Source: Lama guanicoe (lineage: Eukaryota). From it: a stretch of DNA of 26,559 nt. Positions 22,161 to 26,559 of this stretch are shown here, one piece after another (within the stretch, counting starts at the first letter, position 1; every line of letters starts with the position of its first letter). The position numbers were made by a program, and so were the translations under genes. The notes below the pieces were generated by a model. The model did no database searches. It saw only the letters and a list, made by a program, of their open reading frames with translations, and was not told the DNA's origin. The DNA lies in contig MU053520.1 in NCBI GenBank assembly GCA_013239625.1, positions 186,001-212,559 of the forward strand, written 5' to 3'.

Positions 22161-23377
22161 TGACTTAAAAAGTCTATGGATATTATAAGTAGTTAAATTT
22201 TTACCTGAAGTTTACTTTTCAATTTTTATGTTTATAGGATTTTTTGTGGACATCAAAATACTTGAAAATGATTAAGACTTTGTTCCTTTATTTAATAACA
22301 TTTGAAATTTCATGTCCAACTTTAAAATGGTAAGGTGAAAAGAAACAAAGTTTGTAAAAAGCAACCTGTGATTCTCACTTAACTTTTCTCCATTTTAGTC
22401 CCTTTCTTCAAATGTTATAAATATTCTTGAATTCTTAAAAGTTCACCCATTCAGTCTAAAAGAGATGAGTTTTGATCAACTTAATGAAAACTCTTTTCCT
22501 CTGAGTTATTATAACACATAAATGAAGTGTCATCACCCAGAGCAGTTATTTATAAGAAGCTAAAGTAGATTTTCTATCTCCAAATTTATACACTTTCTGT
22601 ACTCTAAAATACTTCAATTTAATGAACTTAGAAACTGTGTTAGACAGATATTAAATATCTAACAACAATAAAATGAAAATGCGTATCACTTTTCCTATGT
22701 TTTTATAAGCACCTTTCAACAACAGAGATAATATATTTGCTTCTGGGTCTTAATGTTCAAGTACATAGAAGTAATTTTAAAGACTGCTAGCTTTCTATGC
22801 AGGTAGCTAATTATTGATTAGCAGCTTTGCTCATTATAGGGAAAACCAATTATCTGTTATAGTGGCTTAAAACAGTAAAACAAAGGGACATTTAATAATG
22901 TGTAGTCATGCATTTCACAAAAAAGTTATAGCTGAAACTGTGAAAAAAGTGCATATTTTTATTTTACACCAGCTAGTAGTCATATTTAACCAATAAACAA
23001 TTGGAAAAAATGTATTTTCATTACCGAGGTTTAGATAGATCCACTAATCTTGCTCCTAAGTAAAATTTAATACTTTTAAATGAGGTGTTTCACACCAGAG
23101 AACATGGAAAATAGGAGATGTTCCTACAAATGCTATTTTACTTTGTCAGTTTAACTTTATTTTATGAAAGGTTAAAAACTAAAAATCACAGATTCCTACC
23201 TTACTAATCACGTTTATTATACGTTATAAAGGAGATTTTGAGAATTTTTGATGAAGTCTTTTGTACAAATCATTTTGATGCTGTTTACAAACTGTTTAAA
23301 GTTAATAGTAATGGGAGAATAAATTATTGATAAAGATAGCTTACTAACAGTTGTCCCTCCTCCTGAAGGCTCTTCTC

Positions 23378-23820
23378 CTTTTTTTTTTTTTTTTGTTTAG
23401 AACAGCCTCATTGAGATATAATTCACATGTATCAAGTGTTTAAAATATTTGATTTCCAGTATATTCACAGAATTTTGCAACTATACCTGCAATCCATTTT
23501 GAACATTTTTATAACCCCCAAAATATTTAGAACATTTTTATCTCCACATACCCACTTATTTTTGTGCCAGTAAGTTCTGATTTTCCTTCAACACTCCCCT
23601 CATCCTAAGGAAAACACTAATCAACTTTCTGTCTTAATTAATTTGCTTATGGACATTACATTTAAGAGGAATCAAACAATCATTATGATCTTCTGTTTCT
23701 ATTTTCTTTCATGAAGCATAATGTATTTAAGGTTCATCCATGCTGTAATATGCATTAGTACTCCATTGCTTTTATTTCCAAATAATATTCCACTGCAGGT
23801 CTATATCATTTTTATTTGTT
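23378..23820 (-). mobile_element. L1MB-like 3' end with poly(A) remnant
   Basis: poly-T, then aacagcctcattgagatataattcacat...tatattcacagaattttgcaac...cactaatcaactttctgtct...aggttcatccatgctgta...aataatattcca. Confidence 0.9.
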
Positions 23821-24191
23821 TGTTTGTTTGAATTAATTAATTCGAAGCTTTTCTCAATTAATCAGAAATAGCAAATATTATGCTGTCACTTTTATTTTCT
23901 TTTGAGTCTTTCAGTCTCTCTATATTTAGATCTGTTATTCCTATGCATTATTGAGCACAAAACTTTCTTTTATCTATAAACTCTTCCCCACATGAAAAAC
24001 TTCATTTTCTTTGTCTTAACTATTACTTTCTATTGCTTATAAGTTATTCAATCATAAATTTAGGAAGCATATACATTTATCCAATAAGTTATGTTTCAGT
24101 TTAGGATGATCAACATATATGTAAGTAAGATTGACCCCACAATTTGGGTATTCATTAGGGAAAAAAGTATCAATTAACATCTCAAAAAAGT

Positions 24192-24318
24192 TTATTACTT
24201 AACATCATCTCAGTTGATCCTTACTGTGATCTTGAACAATGGGTATGTTGAGCATGGGAGCAACATAGAGTTTGAAACCAGATCCTCTGACTCCAAGCTG
24301 CATGCTCTTTCTACTAGA
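24192..24318 (-). mobile_element. MIR fragment
   Basis: atctcagttgatccttac...gagtttgaaaccagatcctctgactccaagctgcatgctctttctacta. Confidence 0.65.
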
Positions 24319-24856
24319 AGGATCTGCCTCTTATAAATCAAAATTAAACATTATAGAACAATTTTGAGTCACCTCCAAACTCCTCCTTAAAAATAGTATC
24401 AAGACACTTAAGGGAAACAGATGGATAGCTTTTGGCATCTTCAAAGATTAAAACTGAAATCTCTAATATTCTTTTGCCTTTGCAGGACAGTCTGAATCAG
24501 AAAATTGGAAAATTGTCCTTATAAGATTGTAAAAACTGAGATGTGTAAGACATAATATTTCTTAGTTGGAGAATGGAGGAATATTTTACTATTGTTCTGT
24601 GTGACAATGTGGAGTTAAAAAAAAAACAAAACCTAACTGGATGGTCAATGCTATATGGAATTCTGCTCAGTTACTCTGACAACTATTTAACTGAACAGAT
24701 GAAATAAACAAATGTGACAGGAAACCAAGAAAACAAGCACTTTAATATTATTACTAAAAGGGGCCAAGGGTGCCCTTGAAACCTCCAGCACCAAGAAGTA
24801 TCAGATGAGTAAATCATTAAGGCTTAGGTTGGAGGGACCATTGAAGAGTTCATAAC

Positions 24857-25306
24857 AGTGTCAAATTTTCCATAATTTAGCACAAATGTTAATACAGGAA
24901 ATAGGTGTGAATATACCATGTCTAGCCTTCAAGCCAGCTTCACCTCTCATGGCCACTCCTATGCCTTCTCCAAAAGGTGAATTATGAATCCTAGTTAGTA
25001 CTCAGTGAGTTATCTTAGACCCTGGCTCTGTCTTTCCCTTCATTTTTTTTAATCCTTTCTTTATATTTTCTACTTCTCAAATAATGTTTTTAAAAAATAT
25101 CTCTAATCAATTATAGGTGCATGCTACTGTGAAATGAAATAAAAGGAAATTGCAAGGAAAATAATCACACATTTGAATATTATAGCAGTGTCAGATTGCT
25201 ATATATGTTTCTTCATGATAGCTTAATTTCTGTACTTTTCTTGTACCAGTTCTGTATCAGTTAGCACACCAGTGATAATCCAGGAGATCATATTTTGAGA
25301 AGCACT
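24857..25306. mobile_element. Possible degraded hAT-Charlie DNA transposon
   Basis: Right end gatcatattttgagaagcacta resembles the MER5/Charlie terminus gaccacactttgagaagcactg; left end cagtgtc is weak. Confidence 0.35.
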
Positions 25307-26084
25307 AGTTGGCTTGGTGTCATTATCTTTTTACTCTATTATAATTCAATATATGTTTACATTCAATATAATTCAATATTATATAATATAGGGATTTTGT
25401 AAATTTCATTATATATTATAGATATAAATTTTAATTGAGTTTTGTTTTAACTTTTACAAATCACATGATTTTTAAACCATTTACAAGCTAATGTTAATGT
25501 GTTTCAGGGTATCTCTAAAGTTTGTTTTTTCTAAAAGAGAGTAATGGAAAATGTCATCTGTGTCAGGCTACATCTCACTACTCCTTCCCCAGTGCTCCCA
25601 GGTGTATAAATCCAGACCAGAGGATAGAGCATTGTTCTTCAGTGTTAATAAGTTCTTGAGTCTCTTGTTGGCTTCTGCATGTCTTAGACTAATCAAACAA
25701 AAAAATTACAAACTCTTTTTTCCATAAATAGGGATCAAGACTAGTTTGCAACAGTGGTTACAAATTAAGAAGTATCCATGAGAAAATAAATGCTATGAAT
25801 TTAAATGTTCTGAGTTGTTTTATGTTTCCTGTGCATATTTAACCCATTATCTGACTTTAAAGAATATTTGAAAATGAATAAATCATTTTATGTCTCAAAG
25901 ATTGAATTTTATGTAGGATTTCCAAACAATCTGCTTTTATTTGTGTTATGTAATACTATTAATGCAAACTGGAATTTCTCCTACCTTCTGGCAATCCTAG
26001 TATCAGCAGAATATTATGCCATTATTGAAGATTTTACATTGTTTTTTGGATGAATAAATTAAGATTCAAGAATGAAATAATGCT

Positions 26085-26205
26085 AATAGTTAACATATAT
26101 ATAGTATTTTGTATAGGCCTGAAACTGTTTTAAATGTTTTACATGTATCAACAGTTTCTGCCCATTTAAAAACTCTATAAAGTGCACCTCATTTTCCATT
26201 GCACT
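26085..26205 (-). mobile_element. MIR 3' fragment
   Basis: tagttaacatatatatagtattttgtataggcctgaaactgttttaaatgttttacatgtatcaac. Confidence 0.65.
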
Positions 26206-26351
26206 ATTTTTATCTCTACTTTGCTTTTCTGTTATAGTGAACCTGTATTTTCTTCGAGGATAGAGCAAAGTCTCCTCCTGCAGGTCTCATTCCTCTTGTT
26301 AAATCATTTGAATGGAATTTATCAAAGACATCAAAGAAACTCAACATTAGC

Positions 26352-26510
26352 ATTAGCCCATCTGTGCCTTAATTTTCTCATCTATAAAATGGGCCTAATA
26401 GTGGTACCTACATTATTAGGCTGTAATAAGGAATAAATATATTAGTATATGTAAAGTGATCAGGCAGGGCTTGATGTATATTATTTGCTCTAGAAGTGAT
26501 AACTATTATT
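26352..26510 (+). mobile_element. MIR core plus 3' end
   Basis: tctgtgccttaattttctcatctataaaatgggcctaatagtggtacctac...atatgtaaagtg. Confidence 0.85.
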
Positions 26511-26559
26511 GACACTGGATAGGAATTAATTCACAGTACATTTGGACCTAAACAAAAAA

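Noticed and set aside
25344..25379. Three copies of attcaatat
   Set aside because: Low-complexity slippage in AT-rich DNA with no evidence of function.

Overview
AT-rich, CpG-depleted mammalian genomic DNA that looks intergenic or intronic. No intact protein-coding gene, RNA gene or CRISPR array is recognisable. A large share of the window is transposon debris: old L2, MIR and L1ME/L1MB/L1MC fragments, MaLR (MLT1) LTRs, MER63/hAT elements, an ERV1-type solo LTR, and two younger minus-strand L1s. The 3' UTR of the L1 at 13.6-17.4 kb resembles camelid L1 as I recall it, so the host is probably a camelid (inference). The supplied ORFs are chance or antisense repeat ORFs, except 14107-14547, which is an L1 ORF2 endonuclease remnant. 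I found no convincing novel biological system. The best-supported oddities are: (1) a TSD-flanked L1 with both ends but about 3 kb of ORF2 missing; (2) a perfect 51-bp templated duplication in an A-B-A-x-B pattern near 20.2 kb; (3) a 130-bp orphan insertion inside an L1; and (4) a speculative set of + strand splice signals running outward from the L1 5' UTR. Repeat subfamily names come from recalled consensus motifs, boundaries are approximate, and all need RepeatMasker/Dfam confirmation.
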